DNA from: Geobacter sulfurreducens PCA
Lineage (GTDB): Bacteria; Desulfobacterota; Desulfuromonadia; Geobacterales; Geobacteraceae
Assembly: GCF_000007985.2 (NCBI RefSeq)
Contig: NC_002939.5
Location: forward strand, 1,110,001-1,142,000
DNA: 32,000 bases
Direction: 5' to 3'
The translations under genes and the position numbers were made by a program. Shown in pieces: positions 7,660 through 15,640 of this stretch. Below the pieces are notes generated by a model. The model was given only the letters and a program-made list of their open reading frames with translations. It was not told where the DNA came from and ran no database searches. How positions within the stretch are numbered: the stretch's first letter is position 1; the number at the start of each line of letters is the position of its first letter.

Positions 7660-9309
7660 ATGAGAATGCCTGCACGGCTGGCAGCACTGAAGTTGTCCCA
7701 CAAACTGATCCTGGCCCTGGCGGTACTGAATCTGTTCGTCATCGCCGCGGTGGCCGCCTCCAGCTACCAGGGACAGAAAACGGCGGTACAGCATGCCGTG
7801 GACGAAAAGCTGCTCGCCTGCGCCCAGGGGGTCCGGCTTCTGGGGGATGCCTTCCATGACCGGCTCGGGCAGTCAGCTGACATCAACCAGGAAGAGTACG
7901 TGGCCATGCTCGACAATCTTTCGGCGTTTGCCGAAGGGGCGGGCGTCAAGTACGTCTACACCGTGGTGGTGAAGGACGGCAAGGTTGTCTTTACCACCTC
8001 AAGCCATACCAGGGAGGAAAAGGAAAAGGGAGATATCGCCGCCCTGTACGACCCCTACGACGACGCGAGCAGTGCTCTCAAGGATGCCATTGCCGACGGC
8101 AAGCCCCGCTACGATACCTATTCCGACCAGTGGGGTACGTTCCGGTCCCTGTTCCTTCCGGTTCGCTCCAGCGGCGGCGCGACGTACGTCATCGGCGTCG
8201 ACGTCTCAACCGCGGACGTGAACGCCGTCCTCCGTTCAAGCCTGATCACCACCGTTGTCATGGGCGCTGTCCTGTTCGTGGCCGGCACGCTGCTCATGCT
8301 CCTGGTGATCAGACCCGTTTCCGCCGCAGTCCGGATGCTTGCCGAAAAGGTCAACCATGTTGCCGATGGTGATCTGAACGTTACCGTCGATTATGCGAGC
8401 GGTGACGAGCTCGGCATGCTGGCGGGCGACATGAACCGTATGGTTGAAAAACTCCGGGACATGGTTGCGGGCGTTGCGGGGGCGGCGGCCGAAGTGACCA
8501 CGGCCGCCCGTCAGCTGTCGTCCACCTCAGAGGAGATGGCGGCGGGCGTCCAGTCTGCCGCCGCGGAGGTCGTCGGCGTTTCCACGGCAGGCGAAGAGAT
8601 GGCGGCCACGTCCTTCGAGATTTCCTTCAATTGTTCCACCGTGGCCGCGGATGCCCGTCAGGCCACTGAGTCGGCCACGGCGGGCGAGGAGGTCGTGTCG
8701 GCCACGGTCTGCATCATGGCGAACATTGCCGCGCTGGTGCGGGATTCGGCCCGGACGGTCGAAAGCCTGGGCGCGCGGAGCGATCAGATCGGGGAGTTGG
8801 CCGGTTCCATCGAGGATATCGCCGATCAGACCAATCTCCTGGCCCTGAACGCCGCCATCGAGGCGGCCCGGGCAGGGGAGCAGGGGCGCGGGTTCGCCGT
8901 GGTTGCCGACGAGGTAAGGGCGCTTGCCGAACGGACGGCCCGGGCCACCCGCGAGATCACGGCCGTGATCCGCTCCATCCAGCAGGAAACCCAGGGGGCT
9001 GTTACCGCCATGACCGCGGGTGTTGTCGAGGTTGAGCGGGGGACGGCCGAGGCGTCCCGGTCGGGCGAGGCCCTGAGGGGCATCCTTGAACGAATCCATG
9101 CCGTGGAGGAGCAGGTTGTCCAGATTGCCGCGGCCGCTGACCAGCAGACCGCCACCACCACCGAGATCAGCGGCAATATCCTGCGGATCTCCGACGTAGT
9201 CCAGAGCACTACCCGCGGCGCCCAGGATTCGGCCGATGCCGCCGCGCACCTGCAGGGTCTTGCCGAAGAGCTTCATGCCGCCGTGGGCCGGTTCAGGGTC
9301 GCCGGGTAG
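7660..9309 (+). CDS. mcp: Methyl-accepting chemotaxis protein MCP-5 with an unassigned PDC/Cache-like periplasmic domain, HAMP, MCP signalling domain
   Basis: ATG 7660 is 6 nt after GGGAGG (7648-7653) and only 41 nt after the MCP-4 stop, with no terminator between them, so the two are probably co-transcribed. Periplasmic region: [21 protein letters not shown]...[18 protein letters not shown]...[35 protein letters not shown] tip motif. TAG 9307-9309. Confidence 0.9.
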   Translation: MRMPARLAALKLSHKLILALAVLNLFVIAAVAASSYQGQKTAVQHAVDEKLLACAQGVRLLGDAFHDRLGQSADINQEEYVAMLDNLSAFAEGAGVKYVYTVVVKDGKVVFTTSSHTREEKEKGDIAALYDPYDDASSALKDAIADGKPRYDTYSDQWGTFRSLFLPVRSSGGATYVIGVDVSTADVNAVLRSSLITTVVMGAVLFVAGTLLMLLVIRPVSAAVRMLAEKVNHVADGDLNVTVDYASGDELGMLAGDMNRMVEKLRDMVAGVAGAAAEVTTAARQLSSTSEEMAAGVQSAAAEVVGVSTAGEEMAATSFEISFNCSTVAADARQATESATAGEEVVSATVCIMANIAALVRDSARTVESLGARSDQIGELAGSIEDIADQTNLLALNAAIEAARAGEQGRGFAVVADEVRALAERTARATREITAVIRSIQQETQGAVTAMTAGVVEVERGTAEASRSGEALRGILERIHAVEEQVVQIAAAADQQTATTTEISGNILRISDVVQSTTRGAQDSADAAAHLQGLAEELHAAVGRFRVAG

Positions 9310-9330
9310 CGGTCGTTCGCAGGTACTGTC

Positions 9331-9358
9331 GACAACGCCGGGTTACCCCGGCGTTGTC
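9331..9358. terminator. Shared hairpin between convergent MCP-5 and the CHASE kinase (candidate bidirectional terminator)
   Basis: Perfect 12-bp stem GACAACGCCGGG (9331-9342) / CCCGGCGTTGTC (9347-9358), loop TTAC. It overlaps the kinase stop codon. No clean U-tract on either side. Confidence 0.5.
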
Positions 9359-11096
9359 ATTTCCCCCCTGCAAGGTTGTCTTCCTCTCCGCCCAGCGTGA
9401 AGTAGAAGGTGGAGCCTTTTTCCAGTTCCGCCTCGGCCCAGATTCTGCCCCCATGACGACGGATGATCCGGTCCACCGTGGCAAGGCCGACGCCGGTGCC
9501 GCCGAACTCCCCCTCGCCGTGGAGCCGCTGGAAGGGCTCGAACAGCTTGCCCGCATATCTCATGTCGAAGCCCGTCCCGTTATCCTTCACGTAATAGACC
9601 GGAGTACCCGCATCCTGGGTAACGCCGAGCTCGATGGCTGCGGCTGGATTGAGGGCCGTGTACTTCCATGCATTTTCCAGCAGGTTCCGTAGCGCCGACC
9701 TGATGAGGTCCGGGTCGGCGCAGCACTCCAGCCGGTCGGGGAGGGTGACCGCCACGCGGCGCTCCGGCTCCGCGTTTTTCAGTTCGTCGAGGATCTCGCC
9801 GGCCAGTGCCGCCAGATCGACTGGTCTGCGGCGCAGGGCGTCCCGGGACATCCGGGAGAGATTGAGCAGCGCGTCGATCAATTCCCCCATCCGTACTCCA
9901 GCCGCATGAATCCGACCAAGGATTCCCACTCCTTCCCCATTGAGCTTGTCACCCTGTTCATCGAGCAGGATCTGGGCATAGGAGGCGATGTGACGGAGGG
10001 GAGCCCGCAGGTCGTGGGAAACCGAGTAGCTGAAGGAGCTCAGCTCCCGGTTGGCGCTCTCCAGCTGTGCGGTTCGCTCGGCAACCCGTAATTCCAACTG
10101 GTCGTTCAAGGTGCGGATTTCAGCACGCGCCTGTTCCAGCTCGGTAACCTTCGAGGTCAGTTCCCGATTGGTGCGCTCCAGTTCCTTCGTCCTTTCCGCC
10201 ACCAGGCGACGCAGCAGCGCCGGTTGGCGCTGGGTGGAAAAGAACAGGGCCCCGACCAGCAGCGAGACCGCCACAGCCAGCCCGTAGCCGGCAAAATAGA
10301 GAGGAGAGCATCGCCACCCTCCCTGGGGCGCCACCGCCAGGATCCATTGACCGTTGGGCACCTCGATCACATGGGTGACGGGTTTAGGGAGGGGGATGGC
10401 TGTGGAGCGGGCAATACTCTGACGTTTTCCCGTTTCGGGGTGGGCTCGGAAGATTTCATAATCGTAACCGCTTTGGGTCAGGCTGCCCAGGTTGGTTGCC
10501 GGGAGAAAATCTTCGAGACGCAGGACCGCAATGACGAACCCCCAGAAGCGCTCCGGTCCCCCTCCCGTTTCCAGGAACACCGGCAGCCGTCCCACCAGGG
10601 CCGTTCCCCCCTGTCTGAGCTCCAGGGGGCCGGCCAGGGTGAGCGAGCGGCTGCTGATGGCGTGCAGGGCTTCTGTCCGCTGTGTCGGGTCGTTCAGCAG
10701 GTTGAACCCGATGGCCTTCTCATTGCCCGCCAGAGGATAGACGGCCGAGACAACACCTTGGGGGGCAAGGTCCAGCGCGCTGATGCCGCCGTACTGCTCC
10801 ATCATGTCGACGGCCAGCCTGTCGAAATTCTTGATGGAGCCGTAGGCCCGGAGAATGGAGGCCAGGACGTAGGTGGGAGAAAGGGAGCGGGAAAGTTGCC
10901 GGTCAAGGGAGTGGGCGGCGCCGGCGGCCACTTCGGCGACGATGTGCCGCTGTTCCTGGTGATAGCGCTGTTCCATCAGGGTGACGATGGTCGCGCATAC
11001 GCCAAAGACCATCACCGCCACCACAATGGCCTGTCCGAGGAGATTCCCTCTTAATGCAGATCTCGTGCCGCCTTTACAGTGATCATCCTGAATCAT
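9357..11096 (-). CDS. Sensor histidine kinase with periplasmic CHASE domain, coiled coil, HisKA and HATPase_c
   Basis: TM1 AIVVAVMVFGVCATIVTLM. CHASE-type motif NEKAIGFNLLNDPTQRTEALHAISSRSLTLAGPLELRQGGTALVGRLPVF. TM2 YFAGYGLAVAVSLLVGALFF. Coiled coil LVAERTKELERTNRELTSKVTELEQARAEIRTLNDQLELRVAERTAQLESANREL. H-box FSYSVSHDLRAPLRHI. G-boxes DNGTGFD and GTGVGLATVDRIIRRHGG. Confidence 0.88.
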   Translation of the reverse strand: MIQDDHCKGGTRSALRGNLLGQAIVVAVMVFGVCATIVTLMEQRYHQEQRHIVAEVAAGAAHSLDRQLSRSLSPTYVLASILRAYGSIKNFDRLAVDMMEQYGGISALDLAPQGVVSAVYPLAGNEKAIGFNLLNDPTQRTEALHAISSRSLTLAGPLELRQGGTALVGRLPVFLETGGGPERFWGFVIAVLRLEDFLPATNLGSLTQSGYDYEIFRAHPETGKRQSIARSTAIPLPKPVTHVIEVPNGQWILAVAPQGGWRCSPLYFAGYGLAVAVSLLVGALFFSTQRQPALLRRLVAERTKELERTNRELTSKVTELEQARAEIRTLNDQLELRVAERTAQLESANRELSSFSYSVSHDLRAPLRHIASYAQILLDEQGDKLNGEGVGILGRIHAAGVRMGELIDALLNLSRMSRDALRRRPVDLAALAGEILDELKNAEPERRVAVTLPDRLECCADPDLIRSALRNLLENAWKYTALNPAAAIELGVTQDAGTPVYYVKDNGTGFDMRYAGKLFEPFQRLHGEGEFGGTGVGLATVDRIIRRHGGRIWAEAELEKGSTFYFTLGGEEDNLAGGK

Positions 11097-11182
11097 GTAA
11101 GGTCCTGTCGCATCCGTGCCGTTTGCCGCTCAATTGAATCCTGCCTGTGACCCGGCAGGTATAGGTAAGATCATACTCATTG

Positions 11183-11211
11183 ATTATAACCTAAAAAATA
11201 ACTTTATTCGA
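11183..11211 (-). promoter_or_regulatory. Sigma-70-like promoter candidate for the CHASE kinase
   Basis: On the minus strand: TCGAAT (plus 11206-11211) - 17 nt - TATAAT (plus 11183-11188), a perfect -10. It lies in the AT-rich part of the divergent intergenic region, about 85 nt upstream of ATG 11096. Confidence 0.4.
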
Positions 11212-11259
11212 CGCCGAGTTGTGGTTCCCTGGACGGGTTGGTCGCAGGACCCTCTCAGG

Positions 11260-11310
11260 AGTGTGCCGTGGTACAGACCTGTATGTCACACTATCGTGCC
11301 ACGGCACACT
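11260..11310. repeat. Perfect 12-bp inverted repeat with nested small hairpin in the divergent regulatory region
   Basis: AGTGTGCCGTGG (11260-11271) and its exact reverse complement CCACGGCACACT (11299-11310). The stem can extend inward by T.G, A-T and C-G pairs. A nested hairpin TACAG-AC-CTGTA lies at 11272-11283. The right arm abuts TTGACA (11310-11315). Confidence 0.8.
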
Positions 11311-11520
11311 TGACAGTGAGAGAGCGCGGCAGGACATGATGCTGATAGGTGGTCGCAGGCCGCATGGTTGACGTGTATCGCACTTGAATCATTGGTGTTT
11401 TGGAAGGGTTGCCGACATTGTGTTTCGATAGGGCGATTCTGTTCACGACGGCACGACACTTGTAATCCGAAAGACAGAAGCTCGCACTGCATGATGTCAT
11501 GATATCGGGGAGGGTACCCA

Positions 11521-13920
11521 ATGGGCAGGGAGGGCAGAGGTACACGACAAAGGAATATAATGCGGTTGGTCAGCCAGCCGGGCTTGGATCCCAAAGCGTC
11601 GGTCCCTTCATTCGACCATGACGCCCGCCCGGTGCCTGCCACCTCGGCCGGCGTCTCCCGGCCGGCGATAGATCCCCCGGCCGAATGGACCGTTCGCCAG
11701 TACATACGTGAGAAAAAGGATCAGCGGTTTCCCTCTCCCAGGGGCCAGCACCGCTGTTTTTCAGGGCTTGACGCCCTGTGCGGCATGAAGAGCGAGGTGC
11801 CGGAACGGCCGACGGTCGTTCTGATCATCGAGGATGACCGGCAGGTTCGCCTCCTTGCCAGGGATGTGCTTGAGGAAGCAGGGTTTGTGGTGGAAGAGGC
11901 ATGTGACGGCCGGGAAGGCGTGGTCAAGTTCGGTCGGGTACGGCCCGACGTGGTGCTGCTCGACGTGATCCTCCCCTACATGAACGGCATGACCGTGTGC
12001 AGGGTCTTGCGGGAGATGCCCGGCGGCGAGCGGGTCCCCGTCGTCATGATGACGGCTCTGGGCGATTCGGATGCGGTTCGGGAGGCGTTCGACGCGGGAG
12101 CCACCTTTTTTGTCCCGAAACCGATCAACCTATCGACCCTCCCCGAACACCTCACCTACCTTGTCAGATCAAGCCGTGTCCTCCAGGAACTCCATGAAAG
12201 CGAAGCGCAAAACCGGGCATTGCTGAACGCCATTCCGGACATGATGCTCCATGTCTGCCGCGAGGGAACCATTCTCGACTTCCGTGCCGGCAACGGTTGT
12301 GCCTATGCGGCGTTCGGGGGAAACCTCCGCGGCAGGACCATTGCCGATCTTCTTCCCCCCGGCGCGGCGGCCCAGTTCATGGCTCAAGTCGGACACGCGC
12401 TTGCCACGGGAACCATGATGGTCTGCGAGTATGAGCTGGAGGGCCCCGGCGGTCTCAACACCCACGAGGCCAGGATCGTTGCCAACGGTACCGGCACGGT
12501 GCTCGCCATCGTGCGCGACGTGACGGAGCGGCGGCAGTCGGAGGAGATGATCCGCTACCTGGCGCATCACGACAGCCTCACGGGACTCCCCAACCGGATA
12601 TTTTTCGGCGAAATGCTGGAGCTCGTTCTTTCCCGCGCCCGGCGCGACGGCAAGCAGGTTGCCATTCTTTTCGTGGACCTGGACGACTTCAAGCTCATCA
12701 ACGACACCCTCGGCCACGCCGCCGGTGACCACCTGCTGCGGGAAGCTGCCCAGCGCCTCAAGGGATGCGTCCGGAGCAGCGACTACGTGGCCAGCGGGGC
12801 GGAGAGCGGCCTGTGCGGCAATATCGCCCGCTTCGGCGGCGACGAGTTCATCCTTTCATTGGGAAACCTGGACTCCGTTGACGATGTGGTGGCGGTGACG
12901 CAGCGGATTATCAGCGAGTTTTCCCGGGAGTTCCGGATTGATGGTCATGAGATATTCGTATCAGTGAGCATCGGCATCTCCATGTATCCCGACGATGCCG
13001 AAGATACCGGCTCCTTGGTCAGAAACGCCGACATGGCCATGTTTGCCGCAAAGGAAGAGGGAGGACCGTCGTTCCGCTTCTTTACCCGGGGCATGAACGA
13101 AGCCGCCCAGCAGCGTCTCTCCATAGAACTCAGCCTGCGCAAGGCGTTGGAACGGGGAGAGATCTTCGTCCACTATCAGCCGAAAGTTGACCTGTCCTGT
13201 GGGGAGATAACCGGTTTCGAGGCCCTTGCCCGTTGGCACCATCCGGAACTCGGACTGATCCCTCCCGATACGTTCATTCCCCTGGCGGAAAAGAACGGCC
13301 TGATCGTCCGGATCGGCGAGTGGGTGCTGAGAGCCGCCTGTGCCCAGGCCAGGACATGGATCGACGAAGGCTTCTCCGATTTGTGCATGGCCATTAACCT
13401 GTCGAGTCACCAGTTCACCAGCGGCAACCTCACCTCTATGGTAAAAGAGGTGCTTGACGAGACGGAACTGCCTCCCTCCTGTCTAGAGTTCGAAATCACC
13501 GAGGGAATCCTCATGGAGCGGACCGAGAAAACCATGCGGATCCTTTCCGAGCTGCGGGACATGGGAGTCAGGATATCCATCGACGATTTCGGCACCGGCT
13601 ACTCGTCGCTGGGGTATCTCAAGCGCTTCCCCGTGAACACGGTCAAGATCGACCGCTCATTCGTGCGGGAAATCGATTCACCCCACGAGGATGCGGCGAT
13701 CATCAAGGCCATCATTGCCGTCGCGCGTAACCTGAATCTCCAGGTGGTGGCCGAAGGGGTCGAAAGCCATCGACAGACGGAATTTCTCCTTGCCCATGGC
13801 TGTAACGAGGCTCAGGGGTTCCTCTTCGGCAAGCCGGTGCATCCCGATGAGGCGAGCCTGATGCTCCGGGCCGGGAGATGGCGCGACGCGCCCGCACGTG
13901 CCCTGGCGCGGGGAAGGTGA
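11521..13920 (+). CDS. Response-receiver-modulated c-di-GMP enzyme: REC-PAS-GGDEF-EAL
   Basis: REC: VVLIIEDD...VVLLDVILPYMNG...MMTALGD...KPIN. PAS: LLNAIPDMMLHV...IVRDVTERRQSEE. GGDEF domain with RSSD I-site and intact RFGGDEFIL. EAL domain with FEALARW, DDFGTGYSSL, KIDRSF, EGVE and QGFLFGKP. Start uncertain: ATG 11521 has a strong SD (GGGGAGGG, 7-nt spacer), ATG 11560 has AAGGA (5-nt spacer), and ATG 11785 lies directly before the REC domain but has no SD. Confidence 0.9.
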   Translation: MGREGRGTRQRNIMRLVSQPGLDPKASVPSFDHDARPVPATSAGVSRPAIDPPAEWTVRQYIREKKDQRFPSPRGQHRCFSGLDALCGMKSEVPERPTVVLIIEDDRQVRLLARDVLEEAGFVVEEACDGREGVVKFGRVRPDVVLLDVILPYMNGMTVCRVLREMPGGERVPVVMMTALGDSDAVREAFDAGATFFVPKPINLSTLPEHLTYLVRSSRVLQELHESEAQNRALLNAIPDMMLHVCREGTILDFRAGNGCAYAAFGGNLRGRTIADLLPPGAAAQFMAQVGHALATGTMMVCEYELEGPGGLNTHEARIVANGTGTVLAIVRDVTERRQSEEMIRYLAHHDSLTGLPNRIFFGEMLELVLSRARRDGKQVAILFVDLDDFKLINDTLGHAAGDHLLREAAQRLKGCVRSSDYVASGAESGLCGNIARFGGDEFILSLGNLDSVDDVVAVTQRIISEFSREFRIDGHEIFVSVSIGISMYPDDAEDTGSLVRNADMAMFAAKEEGGPSFRFFTRGMNEAAQQRLSIELSLRKALERGEIFVHYQPKVDLSCGEITGFEALARWHHPELGLIPPDTFIPLAEKNGLIVRIGEWVLRAACAQARTWIDEGFSDLCMAINLSSHQFTSGNLTSMVKEVLDETELPPSCLEFEITEGILMERTEKTMRILSELRDMGVRISIDDFGTGYSSLGYLKRFPVNTVKIDRSFVREIDSPHEDAAIIKAIIAVARNLNLQVVAEGVESHRQTEFLLAHGCNEAQGFLFGKPVHPDEASLMLRAGRWRDAPARALARGR

Positions 13921-13971
13921 GGCGGGCGCGTCGGCTGAACTGCCGAACATTATGAAGAGGAGGGGAGTGAT

Positions 13972-14000
13972 GGGGCTGCGGAAGACGCAGCCCCTTTTTT
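13972..14000 (+). terminator. Rho-independent terminator after the REC-PAS-GGDEF-EAL gene
   Basis: 9-bp stem GGGGCTGCG (13972-13980) / CGCAGCCCC (13986-13994), loop GAAGA, then TTTTTT (13995-14000). Confidence 0.88.
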
Positions 14001-14098
14001 GCGTCGAATCTCCCGATTTGACAAAAAAATGTTTCCGAGCCGTTGGGAGGTTGAAAAAAATCTAAATTCACCGATACTTATGACCGATACGGTAAAGT

Positions 14099-15640
14099 AT
14101 GACCACTCACGTGCGGATGAAACATGTTATGGATGAATGTGCTCTGGAAAATGCACCTCCTCTGATCCTCCTGGTGGACGATGATGCGGTGACCCGCAAG
14201 ATGCTGCGCAACCTCTTCACGCTTTCGGGATACCGCGTGGCCGACGCGGAAGACGGCGCCCGGGCGGTTGAGATGTTTCGCGAACTTTCACCGGATCTGG
14301 TCCTTCTCGATATCATGATGCCGGTCATGGACGGGTATGGCGCCTGTGCGGCGATCCGCGGCCTGCCGGGCGGCGAGCATGTCCCGATCATCATCATGAC
14401 TGCCCTGGACGATGCTAACTCAATCGGCCGTGCCTTTGACGCCGGGGCCACCGATTTCATCGAGAAGCCCGTGAACTGGATGCTTCTCAACCACCGCCTT
14501 CCCTATCTGCTGCGGGCGCGGGACGCCTTTGTCTCCCTCCAGCGCAGCGAGGCTACCAGCCGCCTGCTTTCGGGCGAGCTGATGGCGCTCCTGAACTCAA
14601 TCAACGACAGCCTTGTCCTGTTCTCCACCGATCTGAAACTGCTCTGGGCCAACCGGAGCGCCGAGCATCTCTACGGCGATTACGTCGAGCAGCTCGTTGG
14701 TCAGGAGTTCACTTCCCTCAAGGGGGCGCGGGGCATCCCGTCCGATGCCATTGCCGTACGCGCGTCGCTCGGCTCGGGCGAGCCCTGCTACGAGCGCGTA
14801 TCAGCCGCCGACGGCAGGATCTGGGACATGAAGTATTTCCCCGTGCGCGGCGAAGACGGCACCGTGCGCGGCATCATCGAGCTCGCCTCGGACATGACGG
14901 AGGTGGTCTCACTCCAGGCGGAGGCCCTCCGGTCGGGACAACTGGCAGCCCTGGGCGAACTGGCAGCCGGCGTGGCCCACGAGATCAACAACCCCATCAA
15001 CGGCATCATCAACTATGCGCAACTGCTGGTGAACTGGCTGCCGTCCGCCTGCAAGGAGCGCGACATCGCCGAACGGATCATCCGGGAGGGAGATCGGGTG
15101 GCGGGGATCGTCCGGGGGCTTCTCTTCTTTGCCCGGGAGGGCATGGGGGCGCGCCTGCCCTGCAATGTCGCCGACGTCCTGACCGACACGCTCACCCTCA
15201 CCGAGGCCCAGATCCGCAAGGACGGCATTACTCTCAAGGTCGGGGTGCCGGCTGACCTGGGTCGCGTGAGAGCCAGCCACCAGCAGCTCCAGCAGGTCTT
15301 CCTCAATATTATCAGCAACGCCCGCTATGCGCTCAACGAGAAGTTCCGCGGTTTCCATTCCGCCAAGATCCTGGAGATCCGGGGCGAGCGCGTGCTCATC
15401 GATGACCGGCCGTACATCCGGATCGGCTTCAACGATACCGGTACCGGTATCCCGGAAGCCATCAAGGACAAGGTGATGACGCCGTTTTTTTCGACCAAGC
15501 CTACCTGCAAGGGGACAGGCCTGGGGCTCAGCATCAGCCAGAACATCATCCGCGACCATGACGGCAACCTCTCCATCGAGAGCCGCGAGGGGGAATTCAC
15601 CCTCGTGAGCATCGACCTTCCCGCCGAGGAGACGCCATGA
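14099..15640 (+). CDS. Cytoplasmic hybrid sensor kinase: N-terminal REC, PAS, HisKA (NtrB-like), HATPase_c
   Basis: REC: LILLVDDD...LVLLDIMMPVMDG...IMTALDD...KPVN. PAS: LLNSINDSLVLFSTDLKLLWANRSAEHLYG. H-box LAAGVAHEINNPINGI. N and G boxes: NIISNARYA, DTGTGIP, GTGLGLSISQNIIRDHDG. No TM segment. Start taken as ATG 14099; the SD is weak. Confidence 0.85.
   Translation: MTTHVRMKHVMDECALENAPPLILLVDDDAVTRKMLRNLFTLSGYRVADAEDGARAVEMFRELSPDLVLLDIMMPVMDGYGACAAIRGLPGGEHVPIIIMTALDDANSIGRAFDAGATDFIEKPVNWMLLNHRLPYLLRARDAFVSLQRSEATSRLLSGELMALLNSINDSLVLFSTDLKLLWANRSAEHLYGDYVEQLVGQEFTSLKGARGIPSDAIAVRASLGSGEPCYERVSAADGRIWDMKYFPVRGEDGTVRGIIELASDMTEVVSLQAEALRSGQLAALGELAAGVAHEINNPINGIINYAQLLVNWLPSACKERDIAERIIREGDRVAGIVRGLLFFAREGMGARLPCNVADVLTDTLTLTEAQIRKDGITLKVGVPADLGRVRASHQQLQQVFLNIISNARYALNEKFRGFHSAKILEIRGERVLIDDRPYIRIGFNDTGTGIPEAIKDKVMTPFFSTKPTCKGTGLGLSISQNIIRDHDGNLSIESREGEFTLVSIDLPAEETP

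Noticed and set aside
6023-7857. Antisense ORFs opposite MCP-4 and the start of MCP-5 (554 aa at 6023-7687, 254 aa at 7093-7857, and others)
   Set aside because: Same reasoning as above: low-complexity translations, no start signals, and complete overlap with genes that have clear domain architecture.
10224-11054. 276-aa plus-strand ORF inside the CHASE kinase gene
   Set aside because: It is antisense to a gene with clear CHASE, HisKA and HATPase motifs, and its translation is low-complexity.
11097-11784. Possible c-di-GMP/cGAMP (GEMM-type) riboswitch upstream of the GGDEF-EAL gene
   Set aside because: I could not find the conserved GEMM-I core elements (GGCAAACC-like and ACGCAAAGC-like segments with GNRA loop and receptor) by eye. 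Only an Rfam covariance-model scan could settle it.
13952-14071. 39-codon ORF (MKRRGVMGLRKTQPLFC...) between the GGDEF-EAL gene and the REC-PAS kinase
   Set aside because: It runs straight through a strong rho-independent terminator (13972-14000), has no convincing SD, and its peptide has no notable features.
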